Of a stretch of DNA of 64,000 nucleotides, positions 46,908 to 56,787 are shown piece after piece. The translations under genes were made by a program, and so were the position numbers. The stretch lies in NCBI GenBank assembly GCA_041576165.1, contig JBFGLM010000014.1, positions 7,834-71,833 of the forward strand, written 5' to 3'. The DNA comes from Acidimicrobiia bacterium. GTDB taxonomy: Bacteria > Actinomycetota > Acidimicrobiia > Spongiisociales > Spongiisociaceae. Below the pieces are notes generated by a model. The model searched no databases. It had not been told where the DNA came from and saw only the letters and a program-made list of their open reading frames with translations. The first letter of the stretch is position 1, and the number at the start of each line of letters is the position of its first letter.

Positions 46908-49900
46908 ATGCAATTCCAGATCCTGGGTCCGTTGGAGATGACCAGCAGTGGTCAGCCGGTCGATCTGGGTGCCAGGAAACAGCGCATGCTGCTGGCGCTG
47001 CTTCTGATCAACGCCAATCGGGTCGTGTCCACCGACCGGATTTTGGAAAGCCTGTGGGGGGACGACGCCGAGGGCAAGGAAAACGCCCTTTGGGTTTACG
47101 TCTCTCGCCTTCGCGGCGTCCTAGAACCCGAGCGGGGCAAGGGCGAGCAGGGGGAGGTACTCGTTACCCGCGACCACGGATATCAGCTCAACGTCGATCC
47201 GGACGCGATCGACGCAGCACGGTTTGAGCGGGCCGCCGCCGAGGGGCGATCTCTGGTCAGGGACGATCCCGAACGTGCGGCCGGCCTCTTGGCGACCGCG
47301 CTCGAGGAGTGGTCGGGTATTCCGTTGCAGGAGTTCGCATACGAGGAATTCGCCCAGTCCGAGTTGGCACGCCTCGAAGAGTTACGGGTCACGGCGCTGG
47401 AGGATCGGATTGAAGCCGACCTTCGCCGCGGCGCCGCCCGGGATGTGATCGCCGATCTGGAAGCTCTTCACGACCAGTACCCGCTCCGCGAGCGGCCGGT
47501 CGGCCAACTCATGCTGGCTTTGTACCGTTCCGGACGTCAGGCCGACGCGCTGAGGACCTTCACCCGCTACGAACGGCACTTGGCGGAGGAGCTCGGCGTT
47601 GAGGCGTCGCCGGAACTCCGGCGGCTCGAGGAGCAGATCTTGCTCCACGATTCCCGCATCCAAGCCAGTCGGCCGACCCGGGTTGCAGCCGCACACGTCG
47701 CCAGGGCAGTGAACCCCTACAAGGGCTTGCGGGCCTTTGGAGAGGATGACGCATCAGACTTCTACGGTCGCGAGCGTCTGATCGCCGACTTGATGCGCCG
47801 GATGGGTGAGGGCCAGCAGATGCTCGCTCTGGTCGGGGCGAGCGGGTCGGGCAAGTCGAGTGTTGTGAAGGCCGGCTTGATTCCCGCGATCCGCAAGTCC
47901 GACGACCCTGGCCGGCAGAGTTGGATAGTGGCGCAGATGGTGCCCGGATCCCATCCTTTTACCGAACTCGAGGTGGCGTTGCTCCGGTCCACGCTTGATG
48001 GACCGGAGTCGCTGGCCGAGCAGATCCGGGTGCCGGACACGGGGATTCTGGGCGCATGTTTGCGGGTTTTGCCGGACCCGGACAGCCGTCTGTTGCTGGT
48101 GATAGACCAGTTCGAGGAGCTGTTCACCCTGGCCGAGGACGAGGCCGTCAGACGGGACTTCCTGGCAGGGCTGGTGACCGCAGTGGATGACCCACACGGA
48201 CGGATCACCGTGGTGCTGACGCTGCGGGCCGATTTTTATCACCGGCCGTTGACCAATCCGGACTTTGGTGACCGGCTGGGCGAGGCCGTGGTCAACGTGG
48301 TTCCGCTGCGACCGGACGAACTGGAGACCGCCGCCCTCAAGCCCGCGCAACACATGGGGATGGAGCTCGAGCCGGCGCTGCTCGGGGCGCTGATCGGCGA
48401 CGTGGCCGGTCAGCCGGGGGCGCTGCCGCTGTACCAATATGCCCTCACCGAACTCTTCGATCGCCGCGTGGGGAACACCCTCACGCTGGACGCGTACCGG
48501 GCCTCAGGTGGAGTGGCGGGTGCGCTGTCGACCCGGGCCGAAGATCTGTATGCGCGGCTGACCGTGAGCCAGCGGACCGCAGCGAAGCAGCTGTTCCTGC
48601 GACTGGTGACGATCGCGGAGACGGATGAGTGGTCGCGGCGGCGGGTGCCGGCCCGGGAGATCCTGGCGCTCGACCTGGACGTGCTGGCTCTGCAGGCGGC
48701 AATCGATCTCTATGCCGGCCACCGACTGCTGACGTTGGATCGGGATTCGACGACCGGGTCGCCGACGGTCGAGGTCGGCCACGAAGCATTGCTCAACGAG
48801 TGGGAGCGTTTGCGCGACTGGATCGACGCTGCCCGTGACGACGTCCGGCGTCATGCTGCATTGACGACGTCGATGTTCGAGTGGTGGGAATCGGCCCGGG
48901 ATCCCGGCTTCCTGCTGACCGGGTCGCGGTTGGAAGCGTATGAGCAATGGGCGGGCCAGGCGACCATGCAGCTGACGAAAGGTGAGCGGGAGTTCCTGGC
49001 GGCCTCGGTGGAGGCTCGGGACACGGCGGTGGAATTCGAGCTCGAACGCCAGCAGCTGGAGCTGCGGGCGGTCCGCTCGGCCAGGCGGAGGTTGTGGGGG
49101 CTTGGCGCACTGATCATTGCGGTTGCGGGTCTTGCGGTGGTGGTGCTCGCACTGGCGCCATGGTCAACGAAGCCGGTGGTGACCGCCATGCTCCGGTCTG
49201 TGGATGGAGGAGGCCAGGACGCGCAGAATATGTTCGTTCGGGGCCTTGAGTCAGCTGAGCGTGACTTCGGTATCGAACTCGCTGTCGAGACCGGGCCGTT
49301 CGTGGACCTTCCGGCGGAGTACGACGTTGCGGTTCGAGATACGGACCTGTTCATTGGCAGCCTCGACACAATGCGAAGCTGGTGGCCAGGCTGGACGGAC
49401 GCAGAAGCGCAAAGGTTACTGGCCCAGGACTCGCCTGGTACGAGTCGCGCGTATCTGGGGTTCCAGACTCTCGTCCCTGATGCGGCCTCGGTCAGGTTGA
49501 GCGCGCACGAGGGTGCATATTTGGCCGGCGCAGCTGCGGCGCTGAACTCTCAGTCAAATGTGATCGCATTCATCGGCCCGGTCCAGGTCGAAGACATCGA
49601 GTCATTTCGGGCGGGCTATGAGCAAGGTGCCCGCCACGCTCGGCCCGGCGTCCGTGTTTTGTCGCAGTACGTGACGACCACTGATTCCGAAGACGCAGCG
49701 TTCATGCCGCTATCGCCCGATCGCTGGCCGACAACAGCCCAAGCGGCCAGAACAGCCGACTTCTTGATCGCGGAAGGCGCCGACGTTGTTTTCTGGGTCG
49801 GCGGGGTGGACGGGGGCATGGGCGTGCTCGAAGCGGTTGCGCGGGCAAACGAGGACGCGCACCGGGTCTGGTTCATTGGGACGGATGTCAATTGGGGACT

Positions 49901-50828
49901 CGAGCGAGTGAATGGCCAACGGGCTATATCCCATGTACTCACATCGGTTGTGACCCGTTGGGACGCAGTCGCCTACAACCTGGTCGACGCATACACATCC
50001 GGAGAGCTGTCGCCGGGCCCGGTCGAGTACGGAGTCGCCGCGGGAGTGATCGAACTGACGGCTACCGGGGGCCACCTGGCAGATGTGCGGGCCACGCTGG
50101 CCGAAATCGGATCGCGTATTGCCACGGGAGCCACACAGGTAGACCGCGTTCCGGACTCCGTCGTCTCGGCTCCGGTCGATGCTGGCGTCGTTAGCGATGC
50201 ACGGGTGCGCTTTGACGGGACGGTCTGTGAGTACGAAGGCCCGCTCGAGGTTGTCGCCGGTAACACCCTGCGGTTGACGTACGAGAACGATGCAAGTGTG
50301 CCTAGCTCCCTTCGATTGCGAGTGTCGGCACTGCAGTCGATCCCGGCCGAGTCCGGTCGCCGGAACGTGGGATACCTGCGCGTGAACGGAAGCAACCGGA
50401 GCATCAGCTGTACGACCGCGGCACGAATGGTCCCAGGACCCAGCCTCGAGCTTGTGAACCACCCGGCGACTGCGATTGATCACGTCGTCCAAGTGGTCTA
50501 CGACGGCAGCCAATGCACGCTTCTCGATGGACAAGAGGTCCGCGTTGGATCCCTGGTCGAGTTCGACGTTGCCAATCGATCGTCGAAATTCGCTTCATTC
50601 CCGGTGTGGCATGCCGCCGACGGTTCGAGCGACCTCCTGAGCGAACCGGGTGGCCGGTTTATCGGGGACACCTTCCTCGCTCACATGGATCGTTATTACA
50701 CCGAAGGGTTGGCTTCGCGGGGCACGTCCGTTCGTTTTGTCGCCCGGATCGACACGGCGGGCGAGCATTTCGTGACGTGTTTCAGTGGCGACGAGCCGGG
50801 TAACGCCGCATTTGTCGCGACCGATTGA
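46908..50828 (+). CDS. SARP-type (OmpR wHTH + BTAD) regulator fused to a STAND P-loop NTPase, one TM helix and an extracytoplasmic BMP/PnrA-like binding domain
   Basis: MQFQILGPLEM...RKQRMLLALLLINANRVVSTDRILESLWGDD (wHTH). BTAD helices (DAARFERAAAEG...LMLALYRSGRQADALRTFTRYERHLAEELGVEASPELRRLEEQIL). NPYKGLRAFGEDDASDFYGRE...LALVGASGSGKSSVVKAGLIPA (P-loop at about 47835-47861). TM segment LWGLGALIIAVAGLAVVVLALAPW (about 49090-49160). Then AYLAGAAAALNSQSNVIAFIGPVQVEDIESFRAGYEQGARH...ADVVFWVGGVDGGMGVLEA, like BMP-family lipoproteins, followed by two C-terminal beta-rich modules. Confidence 0.8.
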   Translation: MQFQILGPLEMTSSGQPVDLGARKQRMLLALLLINANRVVSTDRILESLWGDDAEGKENALWVYVSRLRGVLEPERGKGEQGEVLVTRDHGYQLNVDPDAIDAARFERAAAEGRSLVRDDPERAAGLLATALEEWSGIPLQEFAYEEFAQSELARLEELRVTALEDRIEADLRRGAARDVIADLEALHDQYPLRERPVGQLMLALYRSGRQADALRTFTRYERHLAEELGVEASPELRRLEEQILLHDSRIQASRPTRVAAAHVARAVNPYKGLRAFGEDDASDFYGRERLIADLMRRMGEGQQMLALVGASGSGKSSVVKAGLIPAIRKSDDPGRQSWIVAQMVPGSHPFTELEVALLRSTLDGPESLAEQIRVPDTGILGACLRVLPDPDSRLLLVIDQFEELFTLAEDEAVRRDFLAGLVTAVDDPHGRITVVLTLRADFYHRPLTNPDFGDRLGEAVVNVVPLRPDELETAALKPAQHMGMELEPALLGALIGDVAGQPGALPLYQYALTELFDRRVGNTLTLDAYRASGGVAGALSTRAEDLYARLTVSQRTAAKQLFLRLVTIAETDEWSRRRVPAREILALDLDVLALQAAIDLYAGHRLLTLDRDSTTGSPTVEVGHEALLNEWERLRDWIDAARDDVRRHAALTTSMFEWWESARDPGFLLTGSRLEAYEQWAGQATMQLTKGEREFLAASVEARDTAVEFELERQQLELRAVRSARRRLWGLGALIIAVAGLAVVVLALAPWSTKPVVTAMLRSVDGGGQDAQNMFVRGLESAERDFGIELAVETGPFVDLPAEYDVAVRDTDLFIGSLDTMRSWWPGWTDAEAQRLLAQDSPGTSRAYLGFQTLVPDAASVRLSAHEGAYLAGAAAALNSQSNVIAFIGPVQVEDIESFRAGYEQGARHARPGVRVLSQYVTTTDSEDAAFMPLSPDRWPTTAQAARTADFLIAEGADVVFWVGGVDGGMGVLEAVARANEDAHRVWFIGTDVNWGLERVNGQRAISHVLTSVVTRWDAVAYNLVDAYTSGELSPGPVEYGVAAGVIELTATGGHLADVRATLAEIGSRIATGATQVDRVPDSVVSAPVDAGVVSDARVRFDGTVCEYEGPLEVVAGNTLRLTYENDASVPSSLRLRVSALQSIPAESGRRNVGYLRVNGSNRSISCTTAARMVPGPSLELVNHPATAIDHVVQVVYDGSQCTLLDGQEVRVGSLVEFDVANRSSKFASFPVWHAADGSSDLLSEPGGRFIGDTFLAHMDRYYTEGLASRGTSVRFVARIDTAGEHFVTCFSGDEPGNAAFVATD

Positions 50829-51111
50829 CGCGGGCCGGCGGAGGTGGCCCTGCTGGTGGGTGAGGCAGTGGTCGTCCTGGCGGCGTTGTCGTCGCCTCCC
50901 AGAATCGGGCTCACCACCCCAGCAACCGAGAGCGGTCTCGGAACACTGCTCACCGACGCCCCGCGAAGAGCCGACGTGACTTCGGCGTCGAGACGTTCGT
51001 GGTGGCCCACCGACCGACCGGAAGCGGCAGTCGGGTCGGTTTTCACCGTCGGGACCGGCACCGGATGACCGCGGCGCCGAGCCGGTGCGACGTGGTGACC
51101 TCGCCGCAGTG

Positions 51112-52635
51112 TCAGCGATATAGCTCAACCGCGAACGGATTGAGTCCACCCGGTCCGCCCGGTGGGTTGGAGCCGCGCAGGCTTTGAGGGAGCGCCGAAT
51201 CGGGCAGTACGAATGCCGACATCTGTTTCATGGCGTGCGCGCCGCTACACGGCGCGGGCACGCACGGTTCACCCGGGCTGTGGAAGACCCAATCGGCGCC
51301 CTTCCACGCCGTCGTCTGCAAGTAGATCGCCCGGAACCGCCGGATGTGCAGCCAGCTGCTCCCGGTACCCAGGGTCGATTCCCAGAATTCGGGGATATAT
51401 GCGAACCGGGCTGTGTTGCTTCCCAGGCTCTGGTTGAAGATCACCGCCGAGTAAGAGCCCGCCACGTACTCGTCTATGCAGACCTCCATGTGCTGCCAGG
51501 AGCGGTTTTGGTCGGGATTTCCGTCCAGGTCCCAGTCCTGCTGCCCCCCGTTGAACGTCGAGGGTGCGCAGCTGGCGGGGGCATCGTCGGCGGCCGTGGC
51601 GGTCGAGGTTCCTCCGTAGTCCGCAGCTGGCGAGATGTAGTGCCAGAGCGGACGGTCGTCCACAGCGCGGCCGAAGACGGTGGTGGTGGTGGCGCTCTGC
51701 GCCAGCCGGGGCGTGTAGCCGCCGGGAACCGGGCCAACCAAGCCCTGCTCAGCGCCGTTGCCCGGGAAACCGGTGTCGGTGTTGAGCGTGTCGACCAGCG
51801 GGTTGTAGCAGAGATCACGAACCTCGTTGGCCACCAGCCCGTCCGTATCGGGGATGATGATGTGGTCGTAGCCGTGAGCGATGTTTTGGGCGAGCACCTG
51901 GGGTGGCGGTGATGCCGAGCACTCCGGGCTGGTCGGTATCAGTGGGTTTCCGAACTTCCTGCCCTTGAGACTGCCGAAGTTCCCGGACACCGACCCGGTG
52001 CACGGGTCCTGGGCGAGCCCGGACGGGCTGGATGACAGACACAGATGACCTGAGCCGGCGCCACTGGAGATCCCGAACGGCAGGATGCCGCCTGTCCCAT
52101 TGATCGGACGCAACCGTGACACGGCAAACGCGCCGGTCGCGAGTTCGTCCACGCCGAACAAGCGTCCGAAGGTCGTATCGATCAGTTGCGTCGGCAGTCG
52201 AACCCGCAACAGGCCGCGCGCCGATTCGAAGGACAGGCACCAGTTGGCGGGATCGGTCGGAACCCAGGTCGCCGGAGCGGGGAGCGCAACGAAATTGAAG
52301 CCTCCGTCGTTGCGCTCGGACGCCTGGTCGACGCAGGACTCCCACAGGGACTGCCACTCGGCCGGGGTGTAAGTGGTCGGGAGGTTGTCCTCGACGTACG
52401 CAAGTGCTTCATCCCGCATCGCCGTTCCGCCGTTGAGTGCCGCGACCACGCCGGCCATTGCGCTCATGTCGGCTGCGGTCTGATCGGCCCTCCGCTCGTT
52501 GAACCCGGCACCGAGGTCGATCGCCAGGGCCGCGAAGCCGAGCAACAGCAGCATTGCGGCCGCCACGATGAGGGCCGACGCGCCCCGCTCCTCCCCGAGG
52601 CCCCGGGTCAGCATGTGTGGTTTCCCGTCGCCCAC
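51112..52635 (-). CDS. TadG-like pilus-assembly/pseudopilin family protein
   Basis: N-terminus RGASALIVAAAMLLLLGFAALAIDLGAGFNERRADQTAADMSAMAG is the Tad/TadG-like N-terminal domain. The large C-terminal region is not recognised. Alternative ATG start at 52614. Confidence 0.6.
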   Translation of the reverse strand: MGDGKPHMLTRGLGEERGASALIVAAAMLLLLGFAALAIDLGAGFNERRADQTAADMSAMAGVVAALNGGTAMRDEALAYVEDNLPTTYTPAEWQSLWESCVDQASERNDGGFNFVALPAPATWVPTDPANWCLSFESARGLLRVRLPTQLIDTTFGRLFGVDELATGAFAVSRLRPINGTGGILPFGISSGAGSGHLCLSSSPSGLAQDPCTGSVSGNFGSLKGRKFGNPLIPTSPECSASPPPQVLAQNIAHGYDHIIIPDTDGLVANEVRDLCYNPLVDTLNTDTGFPGNGAEQGLVGPVPGGYTPRLAQSATTTTVFGRAVDDRPLWHYISPAADYGGTSTATAADDAPASCAPSTFNGGQQDWDLDGNPDQNRSWQHMEVCIDEYVAGSYSAVIFNQSLGSNTARFAYIPEFWESTLGTGSSWLHIRRFRAIYLQTTAWKGADWVFHSPGEPCVPAPCSGAHAMKQMSAFVLPDSALPQSLRGSNPPGGPGGLNPFAVELYR

Positions 52636-53033
52636 AGAGTGGTGGGCTGTTCGATGCTCACGTTGACGGTTGAGCCGAGAGTGGCCGGCATCATCGACGT
52701 GACACCGGGGAAGCCGGTGAGCGGAGTCACGTTCACGACAACAGACACCGTGGCCCGACTGCCAACAGCACCGGGGTCTGTGAAGGAAACAACCGCTCCG
52801 GTGGTGGAGTCCATGGCGCCGCAGACGGCCGCTCCCATGCTTGCCACCGAACCCGAATTGGAGGCAGCGAGCCTGGCTGCTTCGCGGGCCCCGTGACGCA
52901 CGTCGTTTTGCTGGCTCATGAGCCAGCCGAATTCGGCGATTCCTACCAGCAAAAGAACCAATAGCGGCATGAGCAGTGCGAATTCGACGAGCGCAGCTCC
53001 TCTATCGGGCGAGTCCGGGTTGTCCATCGACAT
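52608..53033 (-). CDS. TadE-like pseudopilin
   Basis: RGAALVEFALLMPLLVLLLVGIAEFGWLMSQQNDVRHGAREAARLAA is the TadE/G-like N-terminal motif. Confidence 0.7.
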   Translation of the reverse strand: MSMDNPDSPDRGAALVEFALLMPLLVLLLVGIAEFGWLMSQQNDVRHGAREAARLAASNSGSVASMGAAVCGAMDSTTGAVVSFTDPGAVGSRATVSVVVNVTPLTGFPGVTSMMPATLGSTVNVSIEQPTTLWATGNHTC

Positions 53034-53356
53034 GCCTGTCCGAGTGGGGTATTGCGTTCAAGCCCGGAACGCCGACAGACTAAGCCGACGCTTGCCGTAC
53101 AGGGTCAAGACGCGCGCAAATATCAAAAATGAGTCGTTTGAATCACTGGGAGCAGTTGCCAGCTGGGTTGAAGTGGTCGACGCCAAACGGCCGACGGTGG
53201 CGGCGACCAGGACGCAATGCGTCGGTCGAGACTCGAACGAGCCAAACTCGGGATAGTTGATCCGCAACGTCCATAAGCAGCCCCGGGACGGCGGGCGACC
53301 CGGGCTTGCCCCGGCTCTGCTCGCCGGACCTCTCGGCGAACTCGCTCCAAGTTCAA

Positions 53357-53372
53357 TCGAACATATGTTCGA
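53357..53372. promoter_or_regulatory. LexA (SOS) box upstream of dnaE2
   Basis: TCGAACATATGTTCGA, identical to the box at 32639-32654 (20 nt identical including flanks: aatcgaacatatgttcgata). It overlaps a -10-like GATAAT (53371-53376) only 8 nt before the ATG. Confidence 0.8.
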
Positions 53373-53384
53373 TAATTGGATACG

Positions 53385-56300
53385 ATGTCTGACGTGGCGC
53401 AGAAGAGAGCAAAGTACGCGGAGTTGCACGCCCATTCGAACTTCTCGTTTCTCGATGGGGCATCGCATCCGGAGCGGATCGTTGAGCAGGCAGTGCAACT
53501 CGGGCTCGAAGCCCTGGCCGTCACCGATCACGACGGCTTCTACGGGCTCGTCAGGTTTTGGAGCGCGGCCCGCGAGGCCGGACTCCCGGCCGTGTACGGC
53601 GCCGAGATTTCGCTCCCGCCGGGCGGGCCCGACGCCGAACGGGAGGGCCGTGACCTCCCGATCCGCGCGGCGCAGACCAAAGACGCCACCCGGCCGATCA
53701 CCAGCGCCGGCGAGTCAGATCGCTGGCGGCGGGGGCGCATCCGCCGTATGCACGGCACCAAACCCGTCGACCAGGGCTTGGTCGACCACCTGGTACTGCT
53801 GGCGCCTTCCCCCGACGGCTACGCCGAACTGTCGAAACTGATCAGCCGGGCCCAGTTCCGGGGCGAGAAGGACCGACCGATCTACCGCTGGGAGGATCTG
53901 GCCGAAGCCGCTACCAAAGGCCGGCTGGTGGCCCTCAGCGGCTGCTGGCAGGGCGCCATCCCCCGCGCCGCCCAGACCGGCGATGTGGCCGCTACCACCC
54001 GGGCCGCCACCCAGCTCAAGGACATCTTCGGCACCCGCCTCCACCTCGAGCTGTGGGACCATCTCATGCCCGAGGACGGACCGCGTAATGACCTGATGTG
54101 GGAGGTGGCGCGGCAGCTCAAGCTGCCGGTGGTGGCAACCAACAACGTCCACTACGCCGACCGTCACGACGCCGACCTGTCCGAAGTCCTCGCCGCCATC
54201 GGTGGGCGCCGCACGCTGGTGGAGCAGGATGGGTTCCGCCCGGCCACCGACGAGCGCTACCTGAAGTCACCCGAGGAGATGGCGGCCCGTTTCGCCCGCT
54301 ACCCGGGAGCAGTCGAGCGATCGGTTCATCTCGCTCGAGCTCTGACGTTCGATCTGAAGCTGGTCGCTCCCAAACTGCCGGATTTTCCGATGCCGGGTCA
54401 CTTCCAGGACGAGATGGAGTACCTGCGCCATCTCACCTTCGAAGGCGCCCTCGACGTGTATCCCGACTCGGCCGGTGGGATCGATCCCCGTGCCCGGGAC
54501 CGGCTCGAGCACGAACTGCAGATCATCGAGAACCTCGGGTTCCCCGGCTATTTCCTGGTGGTGTGGGACATCGTCAACTTCGCCCGGGACCAAGACATCT
54601 TGTGCCAGATCCGTGGGTCGGGCGCCGACTCGGCGGTGTGCCGCTGTCTGGGACTCACCCGGGTCGACCCGATCCGGCTGATGTTGCCGTTCGAGCGGTT
54701 CTTGTCAGAAGAACGCGGGCGGCCGCCCGACATCGATCTCGATCTCGAAGCCGAACGGCGCGAGGAGGTCATCCAGTACTGCTACCGCCGCTATGGGCGG
54801 GAGCGGGCCGCCATGGTGGCGAATGTGATCACCTACCGGGCCCGTTCGGTGCTGCGCGACGTCGGCAAAGCCTTCGGATTCACTCAGGCCCAGGTCGACG
54901 GCCTCTCCAAGTACGTCGACAGCCGCAACACTTCCCAGCTCCGCCTCGAGGCGCCCCTGCCGGAAGGGATGACTGCCGACTTCGTATACGACGTCTGTCA
55001 CCGGATCGATGGGTTCCCCCGCCATCTGGGGATTCATTCCGGCGGGATGGTGATCGCCGACCGGCCGCTGTGGCAGGTGGTCCCGATCGAGTGGGGCCGG
55101 ATGGAGGATCGCACCGTGCTGCAGTGGGACAAGGACGACTGCGCCGCGATCGGGATCGTCAAGTTCGACCTGCTCGGCCTCGGCATGCTCAACGCCCTCC
55201 ACCTCACGGTCGACGCCATCGAGGATGCCCACGGGGTCAAGATCGATCTGGCGACGATCCCCCAGGAGTCGGCCGTCTACGAGATGATGACCAAGGCCGA
55301 CACGGTGGGCCTGTTCCAGGTCGAGTCGCGGGCGCAGATGGCAACCCTTCCCCGGATGAAACCGAAGACCTTCTACGACCTGGCGGTCGAGGTCGCCCTC
55401 ATCCGGCCCGGTCCGATCCAGGGGGCGTCCGTCCATCCCTACCTGCGCCGGCGCAATGGCGAGGAGCCGGTTCGCTACCCCCACCCGCTCACCGAGCCAA
55501 TCCTCAAAAAGACCCTCGGGGTGCCCGTCTTCCAGGAACAACTCATGGAGCTGGCCCGACTGTGCGCCGGGTTCGACGGCGGCCAGTCCGACCGGCTGCG
55601 GGCCGCGATGACCCACAAACGCTCCGACGAAGCGATGGCCCGGCTGCGGGATGAGGTGTTCGCCGGGATGGCCTCCAACGGGGTGACCGGCGCCGCCGCC
55701 GAGGAGATCTGGGAGAAGCTGCAGGGATTCGCCAGCTTCGGCTTTCCGGAGAGCCACTCGGTCAGCTTCGCCTACATCGTGTACATGTCGGCCTGGTTGC
55801 GGTACCACTGGCCCGCCGAGTTTCTGGCGGGCCTGTTGAACGCCCAGCCGATGGGCTTCTACAGCCCCAATTCGCTGGTGCAGGATGCGATCCGCCACGG
55901 GGTGGTGGTGCTCGACCCCGACATCAACCTGTCCCGGTACGACTGCACGATCGAACATCACGACGCCGATCCCGGCGACATCGCCACCTACTACGGCATG
56001 CGGTGGCGGCGGGGGAGAGGCGCCATCGACGACCCGATCCGCACGGCGGTGGCGGTGCGGCTTGGGTTCCGATATGTGCGCAACCTGGGCGACGCCGAGG
56101 TCACCCGCATCGAGGTGGCTCGCCAGATCGGCGGGCCGTTTCGGGATCCGATCGACCTATCCCATCGGGCCGGGCTGCCGGTTGATGCGCTGGAGGGCCT
56201 GGCCGCATCAGGCGCGCTGGAGTCATTGGGTCTCGACCGTCGAGAGGGGCTGTGGGCGGCGGGCGCGCTGGCAGAGATCGGTCCCGGCCGGCTGCCGCTG

Positions 56301-56744
56301 GCGCCCGGGGCCGATGCACCGCCGCTGCCGGGGATGGATGAGCGCGCGGTCCACCAGGCTGCTCTGTGGTCGACCGGGGTGTCGGTCCGCCATCCGATCG
56401 AGTTCGCCCGAGAGCGGCTGGCCGCCCAGGGCTGCGTCACCGTGGCCGAGGCGCTGGCCGTGCTCCGCAACGGAGTCAAGGCCAAGGTGGGCGGCATTGT
56501 CACCCACCGTCAGCGGCCGGGGACCGCAGCCGGGGTGATCTTCTTCAACCTGGAGGACGAGACCGGACTGTTGAACGTCGTCGTGCTGCCCGACATCTGG
56601 TCGGCCAACAAGGAGATCGCCCGCCGCAGCGTGGGGCTGATCATCGACGGGTTGCTGGAATACCGCGACGGTGTCACCAACCTGGTGGCCCGCTCGTTTG
56701 AACCGATCGAGACCGACGAGGTGGCCACCCGTAACTTCCGATGA
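53385..56744 (+). CDS. dnaE2: error-prone DNA polymerase DnaE2 (C-family alpha-subunit paralogue)
   Basis: PHP domain YAELHAHSNFSFLDGASHPERIVEQA...LAVTDHDG. Polymerase core (GLFQVESRAQM, IRPGPIQG, ESHSVSFAYIVY). OB fold at the C-terminus. ~1119 aa, with an SOS box and imuA'-imuB in the same region. Confidence 0.9.
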   Translation: MSDVAQKRAKYAELHAHSNFSFLDGASHPERIVEQAVQLGLEALAVTDHDGFYGLVRFWSAAREAGLPAVYGAEISLPPGGPDAEREGRDLPIRAAQTKDATRPITSAGESDRWRRGRIRRMHGTKPVDQGLVDHLVLLAPSPDGYAELSKLISRAQFRGEKDRPIYRWEDLAEAATKGRLVALSGCWQGAIPRAAQTGDVAATTRAATQLKDIFGTRLHLELWDHLMPEDGPRNDLMWEVARQLKLPVVATNNVHYADRHDADLSEVLAAIGGRRTLVEQDGFRPATDERYLKSPEEMAARFARYPGAVERSVHLARALTFDLKLVAPKLPDFPMPGHFQDEMEYLRHLTFEGALDVYPDSAGGIDPRARDRLEHELQIIENLGFPGYFLVVWDIVNFARDQDILCQIRGSGADSAVCRCLGLTRVDPIRLMLPFERFLSEERGRPPDIDLDLEAERREEVIQYCYRRYGRERAAMVANVITYRARSVLRDVGKAFGFTQAQVDGLSKYVDSRNTSQLRLEAPLPEGMTADFVYDVCHRIDGFPRHLGIHSGGMVIADRPLWQVVPIEWGRMEDRTVLQWDKDDCAAIGIVKFDLLGLGMLNALHLTVDAIEDAHGVKIDLATIPQESAVYEMMTKADTVGLFQVESRAQMATLPRMKPKTFYDLAVEVALIRPGPIQGASVHPYLRRRNGEEPVRYPHPLTEPILKKTLGVPVFQEQLMELARLCAGFDGGQSDRLRAAMTHKRSDEAMARLRDEVFAGMASNGVTGAAAEEIWEKLQGFASFGFPESHSVSFAYIVYMSAWLRYHWPAEFLAGLLNAQPMGFYSPNSLVQDAIRHGVVVLDPDINLSRYDCTIEHHDADPGDIATYYGMRWRRGRGAIDDPIRTAVAVRLGFRYVRNLGDAEVTRIEVARQIGGPFRDPIDLSHRAGLPVDALEGLAASGALESLGLDRREGLWAAGALAEIGPGRLPLAPGADAPPLPGMDERAVHQAALWSTGVSVRHPIEFARERLAAQGCVTVAEALAVLRNGVKAKVGGIVTHRQRPGTAAGVIFFNLEDETGLLNVVVLPDIWSANKEIARRSVGLIIDGLLEYRDGVTNLVARSFEPIETDEVATRNFR

Positions 56745-56787
56745 ACGCGCGGCCGTGCTTGTCACTCCGACTGCCCGCCTGGGTCCT

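Noticed and set aside
51014-51043. Weak hairpin plus tttt downstream of the large regulator gene
   Set aside because: The stem is only ~6 bp with a bulge and an 11-nt loop, which is too weak to call a terminator.
54098-55961. 518-aa + strand (alternate frame) and 418-aa minus-strand ORFs inside dnaE2
   Set aside because: Both lie entirely within the DnaE2 reading frame. They are Arg/Gly/Pro-rich with no motifs.
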